The position numbers were made by a program, and so were the translations under genes. A model generated the notes under the pieces. It was given only the letters and a program-made list of their open reading frames with translations. It was not told the origin of the DNA and did no database searches. This document shows, piece by piece, positions 26,603-37,262 of a stretch of DNA of 64,000 nucleotides (its first letter is position 1; every line of letters starts with the position of its first letter). The stretch comes from Monocercomonoides exilis PA203. Lineage: Eukaryota; Protista; Preaxostyla. The stretch covers positions 2,013,816-2,077,815 of the forward strand of contig LSRY02000006.1 in assembly GCA_001643675.2 (NCBI GenBank), given 5' to 3'.

Positions 26603-27158
26603 CTTTGATTAAAAATGTACCATTTTAAAAAAGAAAAAAACAGAAGTGAATTTAAATTTATTCTGTTGTGGCTTAAAGAAAATTAAAGTCAAAAATTTCT
26701 AACACCACGCAAATTGATTTGTCGCCATTCTCAACAATTTGTTGTTAAAGCAGAATGAACAGCGTAAATATTAAAAATCTAATAATGAAAGGATATACAA
26801 AAAACCTCTAAATTTAAATAAAAGCAAAAACATGACGGAAGGGTATCACTAACCCCTCCACGCCATAATGTCATGACTTCAATTCATCAACAGCAATTAA
26901 TCATCATCACAGAAGACTTTTGCATCATGCTTTCATCAATGAAAGCTGGATTGAATATTTGGTGAAAAAGAGTGATTAATCAATCCATCTTTTCATTCTC
27001 TTTTGATGGCATGATTCATTCGTTATTTCATTCACATTAACATCATTTATTTTATTTCGTTCATCTACACTCTATAGTGCATCATGAACTCAATAAATGT
27101 TCGTACTGTATACATTTTTTGTGAAAGAAATAAAGAAAGAAATTTCCTGCTTTGCTTG

Positions 27159-30100
27159 TTATATATCATCGGATTCTGCAGGATTCTTCTCTTCAGAGAT
27201 GCTTCCATTCAGCTCGGTGAAGTGATCATCAATGTCGCCAAATGAAACATCAACACTTTCGCTGTTTCCATCAATTCCATCATTTCCATTGCTTTCATCG
27301 CTTTTATCGCTTTTATCGAGTCCAGTATTTCCAGTTGTCTCATTCCTTCCAGCATTTCCAATTTTACCATCATTCCCAGTACTCTCAATATTATCAGTAT
27401 TCTCAGTACTCTCAGTTTCACAACTGCTTTCGTCAACAACGATGCCAATTTCATTATTCAACAATTTTTGAGCCTCTCCCTCTTCCTTCTGGAGTGGGGC
27501 ATCACTTCCTTTGTCCTTCGTCTCATCAGACAGCAATGAATGCGGTAAGTTATCAGCCTTTTCGCAAAGGTATGAAGGATGGTCAGTCGCATCACAATGC
27601 TCACAGACAACAAAAACATCAGGAAGAGAAAACTGCTCAGACACCTCGTGCGAATCCTGCTGTTTCAAAGAAGATTCATTTGCTTCAGAGTTAATGCTAT
27701 TTTCAGTAAAGCACAAATCATTAGATGCAAGTTGGGTGTGTGAAAGACTTGTAAATGGCACAGCAGCCAAAGAAGAAGATAGCCCCTCTGTTGAAGAACC
27801 CAGCAGCGCTTCATCTTCTGTAAATGGAAAAGAATTAAGAATTTTGCCCAATCCAGAAATTTCCCCGTTTTCAATATCATCAAATAGGAAACTCGAATAA
27901 GACCCAAAGCCAACACTGTTCTCCTCGCTGCTGCAGCTCAACGCATTCTCTCTGTCAAGTATCGACCTCAGAAAGTCGTCTGATGGATAGTGCGGAGATG
28001 CCTGCTGCATCTGAAATGAACCTGAATTTGCTATTCTATCTGCCGCCATCGTCTGCTGCTGGTGAAGTGTGGACTTATTCTGTGGAGTGTTGTCAAATAG
28101 AGATGAGGTTTCATGCTCAGACGGATCAGACGAGGCAGAAGAAAACAGCGACGGAGACTCAGTTGTTGGCGAAAGACCAGATGTGTCAAAAGAATTAGGC
28201 ATTAATGAAGGAGATAGTTCATTCGTTGTTGTTGTTGTTGTTGACGCAGATGCTTTTGGCGATGTCACTTTAGGCAAGCTTAATGAAAACAATGAGACAT
28301 TCGTTGAATGTTCTTTTTCTTCAATAGCGTTTTGATCCAAAACGGAATTTTTGGTGAAAATAGAAGATGATAAACTTGAAGGGTTAATATGTGGAGGTGA
28401 TTGGAACAAAGATTTCTCAGATGAGGAATGAGGTAAAGAAGCCTTTGTATTTGTGAAAGAAAATGCTGATTGCACTCCTTTCTGGTCAACTGGAGAGAGC
28501 GGAGACGAAGAAAACGAACTGTCGTTTGAATCCTTATTTGGCTGAGTTGTTGGGTTGGAAGATGAAATATCTTCATTATCAAAATATCGCCCAGTGTCAG
28601 CTAATTCATCCAATCTGGGCGCATTGGAAAGGTTGATAGCTTTCCCTGCGCCATCGTTCTGTGGCAAAGCATTGCTTATCAGCGGAAGTTTATAGCGAGG
28701 AACAAACACACTCGCATTAGACGATAAATTCATTGATCCAATTGAAACCTTTGATGGTGATGTTTTCGTCTCTTTATCGCTATCCTCTTCAGACAAAATC
28801 GACAGAGACTTCTGAAATCCACGTGGTAATCCATTTATGCTAAACTTATTAGAATCAGGCGCCTGAAACGAGAAAAGAGGAGGCGATGACATCCCAAACT
28901 TTCCATACCGATCTGGTAAATCATCAGAATCAGCATCAAACACAGGGAAAAAAGTGGAAGTCTCGTTTTCCTTTCCAAATGGAAAATGCCCAGTCAATTG
29001 CCCTCTTCGTGACATGCTGTCTGTATCAGCTTCAAACAGATCCTGCCGATACATCAGCATCCCCTTGGCCCCCTTGAATTCATTTTTGATTCTGCTGTTA
29101 CTTCCCGTGCTTGATTTACTATTATACTCTCCTCTCCTGCTCTTTCTACCAGCGCCACTTCTGGTTTCCTCACGAAGCTTTTGACTGACAGAAACAGGTG
29201 AAAACTGAGGCTTCCTTTGTGTGTCCAGAATGATCTCAGCAACTTTGCTAGTGATCTGCTTTAACATCTTTTCTTGCATCTTCTCCTGCATCTTCTTCTG
29301 CAGTTCTTGTTGAACATTCTTCTGAGTCACACTAAGCTCATCAGACTTAACTTCCATGAAAGCAGAAGTGTTAGATGGATGTATTGTGTCAGGAGATGCA
29401 CTTGCATAAGGCGTAGAATGGATGCTACTCCTACCATTTTTTTCATCGTTGGCTTTTTCGCTCGTCATTAATTCACTCACCTTCCGCAATTTCTCCGACA
29501 GCATCCTCGCCTTGGCAGCACTTCCTTTATTCTTCTTTGATGAACTATCTTTATTGGTCGTGTTGACACTTCGTTTGTTGCTGTCATTTGTGGTACTTTC
29601 TGAAATATGTCTAGAATCTTCTCGTGATCCATCCATGTTTCCAGAACTCGTTGCAACAGTCGATTCTGCCGTGCTGGCTTTTTGTAATTGCCTTGTTTCA
29701 TCAGCCAAAGAACTTTGACTGCTGTCGCTTTCTGTGTCTGAGTCATTTGAAGGCAGCATCGAAACTTTCAATGCTGGACGTTGAGCAAGCAACGGTGCAT
29801 TTGCATCGGAAGATACAACAAGCTTGCCTTTAGAACTACTTTGCTTTGAAACCAACGGTTGAAAAACTCTTTCATTATCTGCTTTTTGACCGGCTAATTG
29901 TTTCATTGACGAAGGTTGCTGGGTGAGTGCATATTCGTTTATTCCGCTGTTGGATACTGTCTGAAGTTGCGGCTGAGCCAACCGACCAGGAACAAACATT
30001 GGAGCTGGGTTAGAAGGGAAATACGTCTGAAATGAATTCACTCCAGCAACTTGAAAGTATGGCACCTGACTTGGTGGATACATAAAGGGATATTTGTATG

Positions 30101-31997
30101 TCCCAGGCATTTGTGCCCCATCCAGTGTTGATTGAGGCTGAATAGAAAATGATTTTGGATTAACAGTTTTAGGCGTTGCGTTTTCACTATCCTCCATTGC
30201 TTTTCCATCAGCAGAGTCCGAATAATCAGCCACTCTTGTATTTCTTCCTTTTTTTGCGGACAAGTCTGATTGATCGTCTTGTGCCGTTTCTTTTTCATAC
30301 GACGATGAGCCAGTCATATAAAATGAAGGAGAAATCGGTGGAGGGTTTGTCAACGATCCATTTTTCTCATTTTTCGCCTGTTGGGATATCTGCAAAAATT
30401 CGCCAATTTGATTTGAAGCCTCTGCCTGTCCAGTTGGTGGTAAAGGCAGCGGAGGAAGGCGAAGATTTGATAAATTTGAAGGTGAAGATTTATCTCCTGC
30501 TGTGTTTTCATTCGATAGCTTCCTCTCCACTGAAGTTCGCTTTGACTCCTTTGAATTTTGCTTGTGAACAATATTTTCCTTTAAATTTTGATCTTCTTTC
30601 TCCGCATCTTCTGATTTGTCTTCTTTTTCAGATTTTTTATGACTTTTTTCTTTTCCTTTATCCTTCTTCTTTTCTTTTTCTTTTTCCTTTTCATTGTCAC
30701 TTTCTTGTTCTGCTCCTTTTAATTTCGAAGCAGGTTTTTGTTGAACCTCGCAAGTGTTTTGAAATTCCCCTTCTTTAGTTCCAGTTTCATTAGAATTAGT
30801 TATCTTCTTTTTCTTTTTCTTTTTCTTCTTCTTCTTTTCAATTACATCTGTATCGCCTAAATCCATTGCTAATTCTGCAAGCATTTTCATTTTTAATTCT
30901 TTACGCTGTCGCCTTTTATTTTCTTTTTCTTTCATTTCAGTTCTTTCTTTCAACAAGGATAAAACAAGATTAACCAATGTATCTATTTCTTGTTCATATT
31001 CTGAAATAAGTTTGGATGAAGGTGTCGTTTCAGTTCCGCTATTCTTTCCTGCTCCTTTCTTCTTTCTCTTCTTCTTTTTGTCATTCTCCATCTTCAAAAA
31101 TTCATTCACAAGTTCATCAAGTGACGATGAATTACTAAGTGCTGGGGAAGTAGATGTCAATGAAGAAAATGATGACAACGAAAAAAGACTATCCTGATCG
31201 CTGCTGCGTCGATGAATATTATCTCTGTCTTTTAAAGAGTTTTGCTGAGCGGTTTGTGATGCTGACTGTAAATTTTTTTGCATTTGAGAATTTTCCATTG
31301 AAGCGAACTGAGATTCTTTCATATTAGCAGCATTCAAAGAAGGATTAGTTTGAATTTGCTGGAGTGCGGAATCAAAAACTTCTTCATGAGTTTTGCGTGA
31401 CTTATTTGAAAGTCCTCGTGAAGAATTTCGTTTTATTATTTTTATTTTTGTAGGTTTTTCATTTTTTGGTTTTTCATTACTTTTATCCGGTAAATCTGGG
31501 AGTGGTCCAAAATATTCATCTGGAAAGGAAAGAGGATCATGTATGCGCTTCCCCTGAATTTTATTTATTGATTCTTGATTGGTGCTAGAAGCAAATGGAT
31601 CGGCAGTTTTCAGCATTCTATTAGAATTAGTATCCAATTGATTAGCTCTCGTCTCTTCGGAGAGTGATATGTGTTGCTTTATTTTTACACTTCCAACTTC
31701 ACTTGATAATTTCGTTGAGGTGGTTTCAGAAAATATATCATTATCATTTTTTGGGGAAGTTGAATTCTCGGATAATTTCAACGGAAAAATACGTGCATTA
31801 GTCGAATCAATTTCAGGAGTTAAATTTTCTCTAGAAGTTAATGTATTAGTAAATGACCCTGTTTGTAACGGCTGTGACATAGAGTTTATAGAAGCTAAAG
31901 AAAATCGTTGGGGAGATTCTTTCCTAATGTGGTCATATGAATTTTTTATATCTCCGGCACTCATATGTGTATAATTGCGTGCCTGGAAGTGGTACAA
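27159..31997 (-). CDS. Large low-complexity protein with PAM2-like motif and CCHC zinc-knuckle-like motif
   Basis: 1612-codon ORF, Ser/Lys/Gln-rich with a poly-K tract. Contains NLSSNASVFVP (~28698-28730) and CEHCDATDHPSYLC (27564-27605). The true start may be in an upstream exon or at the internal Met. Confidence 0.75.
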   Translation of the reverse strand: MYHFQARNYTHMSAGDIKNSYDHIRKESPQRFSLASINSMSQPLQTGSFTNTLTSRENLTPEIDSTNARIFPLKLSENSTSPKNDNDIFSETTSTKLSSEVGSVKIKQHISLSEETRANQLDTNSNRMLKTADPFASSTNQESINKIQGKRIHDPLSFPDEYFGPLPDLPDKSNEKPKNEKPTKIKIIKRNSSRGLSNKSRKTHEEVFDSALQQIQTNPSLNAANMKESQFASMENSQMQKNLQSASQTAQQNSLKDRDNIHRRSSDQDSLFSLSSFSSLTSTSPALSNSSSLDELVNEFLKMENDKKKKRKKKGAGKNSGTETTPSSKLISEYEQEIDTLVNLVLSLLKERTEMKEKENKRRQRKELKMKMLAELAMDLGDTDVIEKKKKKKKKKKKITNSNETGTKEGEFQNTCEVQQKPASKLKGAEQESDNEKEKEKEKKKDKGKEKSHKKSEKEDKSEDAEKEDQNLKENIVHKQNSKESKRTSVERKLSNENTAGDKSSPSNLSNLRLPPLPLPPTGQAEASNQIGEFLQISQQAKNEKNGSLTNPPPISPSFYMTGSSSYEKETAQDDQSDLSAKKGRNTRVADYSDSADGKAMEDSENATPKTVNPKSFSIQPQSTLDGAQMPGTYKYPFMYPPSQVPYFQVAGVNSFQTYFPSNPAPMFVPGRLAQPQLQTVSNSGINEYALTQQPSSMKQLAGQKADNERVFQPLVSKQSSSKGKLVVSSDANAPLLAQRPALKVSMLPSNDSDTESDSSQSSLADETRQLQKASTAESTVATSSGNMDGSREDSRHISESTTNDSNKRSVNTTNKDSSSKKNKGSAAKARMLSEKLRKVSELMTSEKANDEKNGRSSIHSTPYASASPDTIHPSNTSAFMEVKSDELSVTQKNVQQELQKKMQEKMQEKMLKQITSKVAEIILDTQRKPQFSPVSVSQKLREETRSGAGRKSRRGEYNSKSSTGSNSRIKNEFKGAKGMLMYRQDLFEADTDSMSRRGQLTGHFPFGKENETSTFFPVFDADSDDLPDRYGKFGMSSPPLFSFQAPDSNKFSINGLPRGFQKSLSILSEEDSDKETKTSPSKVSIGSMNLSSNASVFVPRYKLPLISNALPQNDGAGKAINLSNAPRLDELADTGRYFDNEDISSSNPTTQPNKDSNDSSFSSSPLSPVDQKGVQSAFSFTNTKASLPHSSSEKSLFQSPPHINPSSLSSSIFTKNSVLDQNAIEEKEHSTNVSLFSLSLPKVTSPKASASTTTTTTNELSPSLMPNSFDTSGLSPTTESPSLFSSASSDPSEHETSSLFDNTPQNKSTLHQQQTMAADRIANSGSFQMQQASPHYPSDDFLRSILDRENALSCSSEENSVGFGSYSSFLFDDIENGEISGLGKILNSFPFTEDEALLGSSTEGLSSSLAAVPFTSLSHTQLASNDLCFTENSINSEANESSLKQQDSHEVSEQFSLPDVFVVCEHCDATDHPSYLCEKADNLPHSLLSDETKDKGSDAPLQKEEGEAQKLLNNEIGIVVDESSCETESTENTDNIESTGNDGKIGNAGRNETTGNTGLDKSDKSDESNGNDGIDGNSESVDVSFGDIDDHFTELNGSISEEKNPAESDDI

Positions 31998-32279
31998 ATA
32001 TGTCTAATATATAATTATGAATATCGTATCTTTGTTGTTGGGGCATTTATTTGATCGAATTGTTCGTTTTTTATTATGGATCCTCGCTCACAACACATCA
32101 AAAGCACATATTTTTTCTTTTTCAATAATATTTAATAATTCAAAATAAATTAGTCCAAATACTTCAATTGAAATGAATTTTGAAAATATGATTAATTCCT
32201 TCACTTATTGATTTTTAAGTCTCTAAACCGAAATTTGAGAATATTTATTTTAAAATGTGTTTTTCCTTTTTAAATAATA

Positions 32280-32794
32280 CACCAAAAATTATTTAAAATG
32301 AGAATTTTTGTATTCAAAAAAATAAAAATTGCATTCAAAATAATAATATTGCAAACAAAATGAGAACTTTTGAGTTCAAAATGGAAATTTTGTAAACGAA
32401 TTAATAATATTTACAAACGAAATAATTATTTTTGCATTCGAATTAATTATTGTTGTAAACCTAACTAAAATTAATTCGCACTCTCACCAAATTTTGTGAA
32501 AATCAGTTTGCCACTTTTGAATCATAAATAATTTTGTGTTGTCATTATTATTTCGCACGAAAGAAAATTTTTTTGAAATTTTTTATTTTAAAAAGAAAAT
32601 TTTTAGAATTTGAAATTAGTTTAATTCCTATGAAAACAGAAAATATTTTCTTTTCGAATGCAAAATTATTTATTTCGTTCGAAATTTTTTCATTTCGAAC
32701 GCAAAAATTATTAATTTGAATAAAAAATTATTATTATGAATGAAATTTTTATTAATTCGATTGCTAAAATTCTCATTTAGAATAATTTTTGGTG
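32280..32794. mobile_element. Degenerate foldback element / MITE with internal ~21-bp tandem subrepeats
   Basis: Ends caccaaaaattatttaaaatgagaatttt and aaaattctcatttagaataatttttggtg are inverted. About 9 units such as aaaatgagaatttttgtattc / gaaataattatttttgcattc lie in the left arm, with inverted counterparts in the right arm. Confidence 0.65.
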
Positions 32795-33703
32795 CAATAA
32801 TAATAATAATGAATAATGAATAATAATAATGAATAATAATAATAGTAATAATAGTAATAACTAGTTGCAACAAAAAACATTTGTCAGAAATAAAAAAAAA
32901 CTCCCACAACCAAAATCAAATTCAGTGTCAACAAATAACAGTAACATGCACATTTAATCTTTAGAAAATGAATTAAATTTCCAAAAGAAAAGGGGAAAAA
33001 ATTGAAATGAAGAAAATCAGAAACAAATTTTCTTGTCAAGAAAATAAGGTGAAAATTCTCGAACTTCAGATTTTTTTTTTTTGAAAAATAATGTACTTAT
33101 GATTTATTATTTATGATCAAAAAAGCAAATGAATGTGTTTATTTTTTGCACTTGTGGGATATTAAAGTTTTTTTATAATTATATATAATATGCCTGCAAT
33201 CGTACATGAAAATATTGGTTTTTTTCTTTTTTTTAAAAGTCACAATTGTTTATTTTTTGAATAAATCAAAAATTTCATATTTTACTCAAATTTCTGTTTC
33301 AACTCACGAATCTTTTCAAAAATGTTTGAAATAGCATTGTCAAGAGATATATTCCATATGAGTGAAGTTTGGTATATGTCAACAAAAATTTGAACAAAAT
33401 AAGAAAATTAAACATTACTTGAAAATTAAACATTTGCAACTTTTCCAAAATAATTACACAAATATGAAAAATATTAGCAACTGAATAAATACATTTTAAT
33501 GTTCAACCTGTTTCAAATGGGGGAGAAAATGGGAGGAAAAAAGGTTCCCTTTGAAATTCAATCAGCCACGTGTTGGTTCTTAGGAATAAAATACAAAATA
33601 AAAAACTTTTAATGAAAAAAAATTTAAATTTCGATGAAAATTGAAATATATAATAATAAATTAAATAAATTAGCTTAATGATTATTATTTAAAAAAATTA
33701 AAA

Positions 33704-35337
33704 ATGAAAAACGAAGTTGCAAAGAAATCTTCTGCAGGTCAGCTGAAGCTGCGAGAGGCGATGTTATCATTCAAATACAGACAATTTCGGAATCCGCTGG
33801 AGCGAATGGCGTACATAGAAAACGATGGAGCTGTGCGTATGGTGGATGCAAACAACTGACAAATAATTTTTATTTTTCGAATCAAGCGTGTGGTGAAGGC
33901 TGTTTGGCAAGGCAGATTTGTTTCTTAAATTGGAAGACCTGCTGTGGTCATTGGCGAAAAAGAGCATAATGGGCTGAACGAAATAAAAATAGAATCGCCA
34001 ACTGTTACAAGCTTAGCCATCAAGAAAATTCGTGAAATGGTTTGTATTTATATTCTTTGAAATGAATTAATTAATATTAATTAGATTGAAAATGTTGTTA
34101 ATGATTTGAAACCAGAAAACACGCCAGACGTTAAAGTCTCTACGTCAGTTGCCTACGATTTCATCAAACGACATGCAGAGCTGAAGACATCAAAGCCGAA
34201 AATTGTTGATGCAAACAGGCTTGCGGTATCATGCCAACAAGTTCTAAAGCTCTGGTATGATATGCTCAATGGATTGCATCGTAAAAATAATTGCAACAAC
34301 GCACCGATTTTCAACGTGGACGATTCTTCGCTCAGGGTTCCCGACAGCTCCAATCGGAATGTTGTTCATCCGACAAATGCAAAACCCGTTTTCGCTAAAT
34401 CTGCGGAACAGATGGCGAATTCTACACTGATTGCTGCGTTCGCAGCTGACGGTCAATCACTTCCTTCAGCGATTCTGTGGACGAGTCTCAAACTCTCTGA
34501 TGACTTGAAGCCTCTTCAGTCTATAAATCTTGAGATTTTGCAGTATAGATGCGGATGGATGGAATCTTCAAAGTTCAGAAAATATGCACTAGCAATTCTT
34601 CTTCCTTCGATCAAAGAAAGAAGACAACTCATGTCACTCGACGAATTGCACTGCTTGCTTCGAATCGACTCCCACATTTCTCAAACAGATCCAACAATCT
34701 TGTGAGAGTTCGAAAAAGAAAATGTTGATGTTGTGACATTCGTAACTCACAGCGCACAGATCTGCCAACCACTGGACAGAGGCGTATTTGCTGTTCTGAA
34801 GTCTAAGATGAGTTCACAGTTCAAAACATTTTATCGTCGTCTTCAGCAGCGAAAAGAACAGCTCTTGCTGAAGCTCTACAACAATCAATTCATTCGGCGC
34901 TATCACCTTCTGTCATCAATTGAGCATTCAAATGCAGCGGTGTGCTGAAAGACTCGTCCGGTCCAGTTCTAATGATGCTTCCTCTATCATCAATTTGTCC
35001 TCTTCCTTCTCATAAAAATCGATTTGACTACTACGGTAAAGAAATAACAGAAGAATAGCTTTTAAGTGAGTGGGATGATTATTTGAAAAAGAAAAGCGAA
35101 ATGGAAAATGAAAAAGAATACATTTCGGATGAAGAAAATGATGAATCAATGAATTTCATAAAAAAGCTGAAAAGAAAATTCAAAATACTTCAAGATGAGA
35201 ACGACATTGAGAAAGAATCATCTGATGAAATTGAAAGAGGAAAGGGCAAAAGAAAAGTCAAACGCAAATTAGATTCGAGTTTTGTATTTTTTTTAATTTT
35301 TTTCAGAATTTTTCATTTCGAAAAATTTGGGTACTAA
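33704..35337 (+). pseudogene. Second degenerate DDE_1 (pogo-like) transposase, different family
   Basis: GRP motif, intron at about 34039-34084 after ...KIREM, then IFNVDDS, TLIAAFAADG, CGWM, LLRIDSH and ICQPLDRGVFAVLK, with in-frame stops and frameshifts. No TIRs identified. Confidence 0.85.
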
Positions 35338-36162
35338 TAAAAAAATGGGAACTTATAAAAATATGACCCTAATCACATTTTGTATTGTAATGAGCGCTTT
35401 TTTCATCGAAAAATTGATTTTTTGATCAAAAATTTCTATTTTTTGATTTTTCAAATATGTGCTCAAAAAAGTTTAAATAATGTGTATTAATGAAAAAAAT
35501 TCATTTCGCAAGTGAAAAATGCGTTTTGATGACGAATTTTTAAAAATAAAAAAAATGACCCAAAATTTATTATTTCCAAAATTAATTTTCAATTTTTTTC
35601 TGTGAAATGTCACATCGTATATAATCACTATCGAATATAGTCACAAATAGTCGTGCAAAAACCCGATGTGATTATATCCGAAATACACTGAATTGTGAAG
35701 ACCCCTTTGTCTTGGCATTATAATACTTAATACTCATCTGCGTTCATTAATGTGAGAGCCTTTTTTTTGACACCATCGTAGCCTATGTTTGTTCAATATT
35801 TGGTATTACGATTGAAATATCAAAAATAAAAAGTGATTTTCTTTTTGATCTTTTTTTACAGGAATACTTTGTTTTTAATTTTTCAATCAAAAAACAAAAT
35901 ATCAAAAAAACAAAAGCAGTTGGTTGTCTTTAAATGCAAAAAGATTTCACATTTATAAATCTGGATGAGAATTTCGAAAGAAAATGTCAAGCGTGTTATG
36001 TTTTGAACAAGTGCTGATTAATGCACATTCAATGAAATAATTTTGGGTGGTATTGATAATTTGTAAAAAAAATGACATAAAAATTTTATTCTTCCCCAAA
36101 CAAATGTTGAATTTGATTATAATTGTCATTAAGAAAATGGTTGATATGAATGTCTGACAAAT

Positions 36163-36560
36163 ACAGTTTGTGCAAAAAATACCGGACATCGCAAAAAATA
36201 CAGGACAAGATCGATATCTCAACAACCGCAAGAGGAAAAATTCTGAAAATTTTCCTCAATACACATCTCGTCGACACAAACTCATGTGTCATACCAGACT
36301 TTTAAAATCGCCTCATTCGTACTCAGAGAAAATTATTTTTAATATTTCGGAGAAATAGGATTTCAAGTTTCTCCGAAATATTAAAAATAATTTTCTCTGA
36401 GTACGAATGAGGCGATTTTAAAAGTCTGGTATGACACATGAGTTTGTGTCGACGAGATGTGTATTGAGGAAAATTTTCAGAATTTTTCCTCTTGCGGTTG
36501 TTGAGATATCGATCTTGTCCTGTATTTTTTGCGATGTCCGGTATTTTTTGCACAAACTGT
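36163..36560. repeat. Fold-back palindrome P3 (MITE-like): 193-bp inverted arms (36163-36355 / 36368-36560), 12-bp loop
   Basis: Mirror ORFs 36170(+) and 36583(-) share the same peptide. The left end reads TA|CAGT and carries two copies of gcaaaaaatac(c/a)ggaca. Confidence 0.93.
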
Positions 36561-37262
36561 TCATCTGAAAATTGGGTTATCACTTTTCAGCACACATTCA
36601 TTAACATTCGAAACAAATTTACAAATTAGTAAATTTTACAGAAATAATTTGGATTCAATAAGAATGACCCATGAACATTAAGAAAAAAGCGGGAACTCCT
36701 CAAGCAACCTTTTTCCGAAGAAAGAAAAAAGATTTTTCATTTTTCATACGAATTTTCTAGCTTTTTGTGCAATCATGAATTGGTTTTGTCACAAAAGCAC
36801 TTAAAGAGTCCATTGTTTTCAGTGAAATAAATAATCAAATGTTTCAACCTCAATTCCTGTTGGACCAGTGGGATTCACAATAAAATACAAACAGGCTTCA
36901 ACACCGTGCCCATTTGCTGATTATTCTCTTTATTTGGGAGATAATAATAATCCAGGTGCTGGATATTTATGTGTGAATATTTGGTAAGGATCCATTCTGG
37001 GTTCATATTGCTGAAGAATAACACAAAACAAATTTATAATTTGATAGACGTTTTATTTTATTGATTAATTTTTTTTGTATTTTTTCTCAAAAAGAGATTT
37101 GTTTTTATTTTTTAATTTAGTTTTTTAAAACTAAAATTTTCTTTCAAATAAAATAAATAAAATAAAATAAAATAAAAAAACAAATTGTTCAAAAAAGGGA
37201 AATAGAGAAAGAACATTCAAAACATTTTTTCTTTTGTCGAAAATTACGCATGTGCGCTTTGC

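Noticed and set aside
32296-32483. ~21-bp periodic repeats as a CRISPR array
   Set aside because: Degenerate adjacent units with no unique spacers, no cas genes, and a eukaryotic context.
7528-35337. In-frame stops in transposase relics as a sign of alternative genetic code
   Set aside because: Host genes have multi-kb ORFs free of TAA/TAG/TGA and end in standard stops; the relics also contain frameshifts.
36830-37020. Slightly GC-richer patch with short open frames
   Set aside because: No recognisable motif or consistent splice structure; cannot support a gene call.
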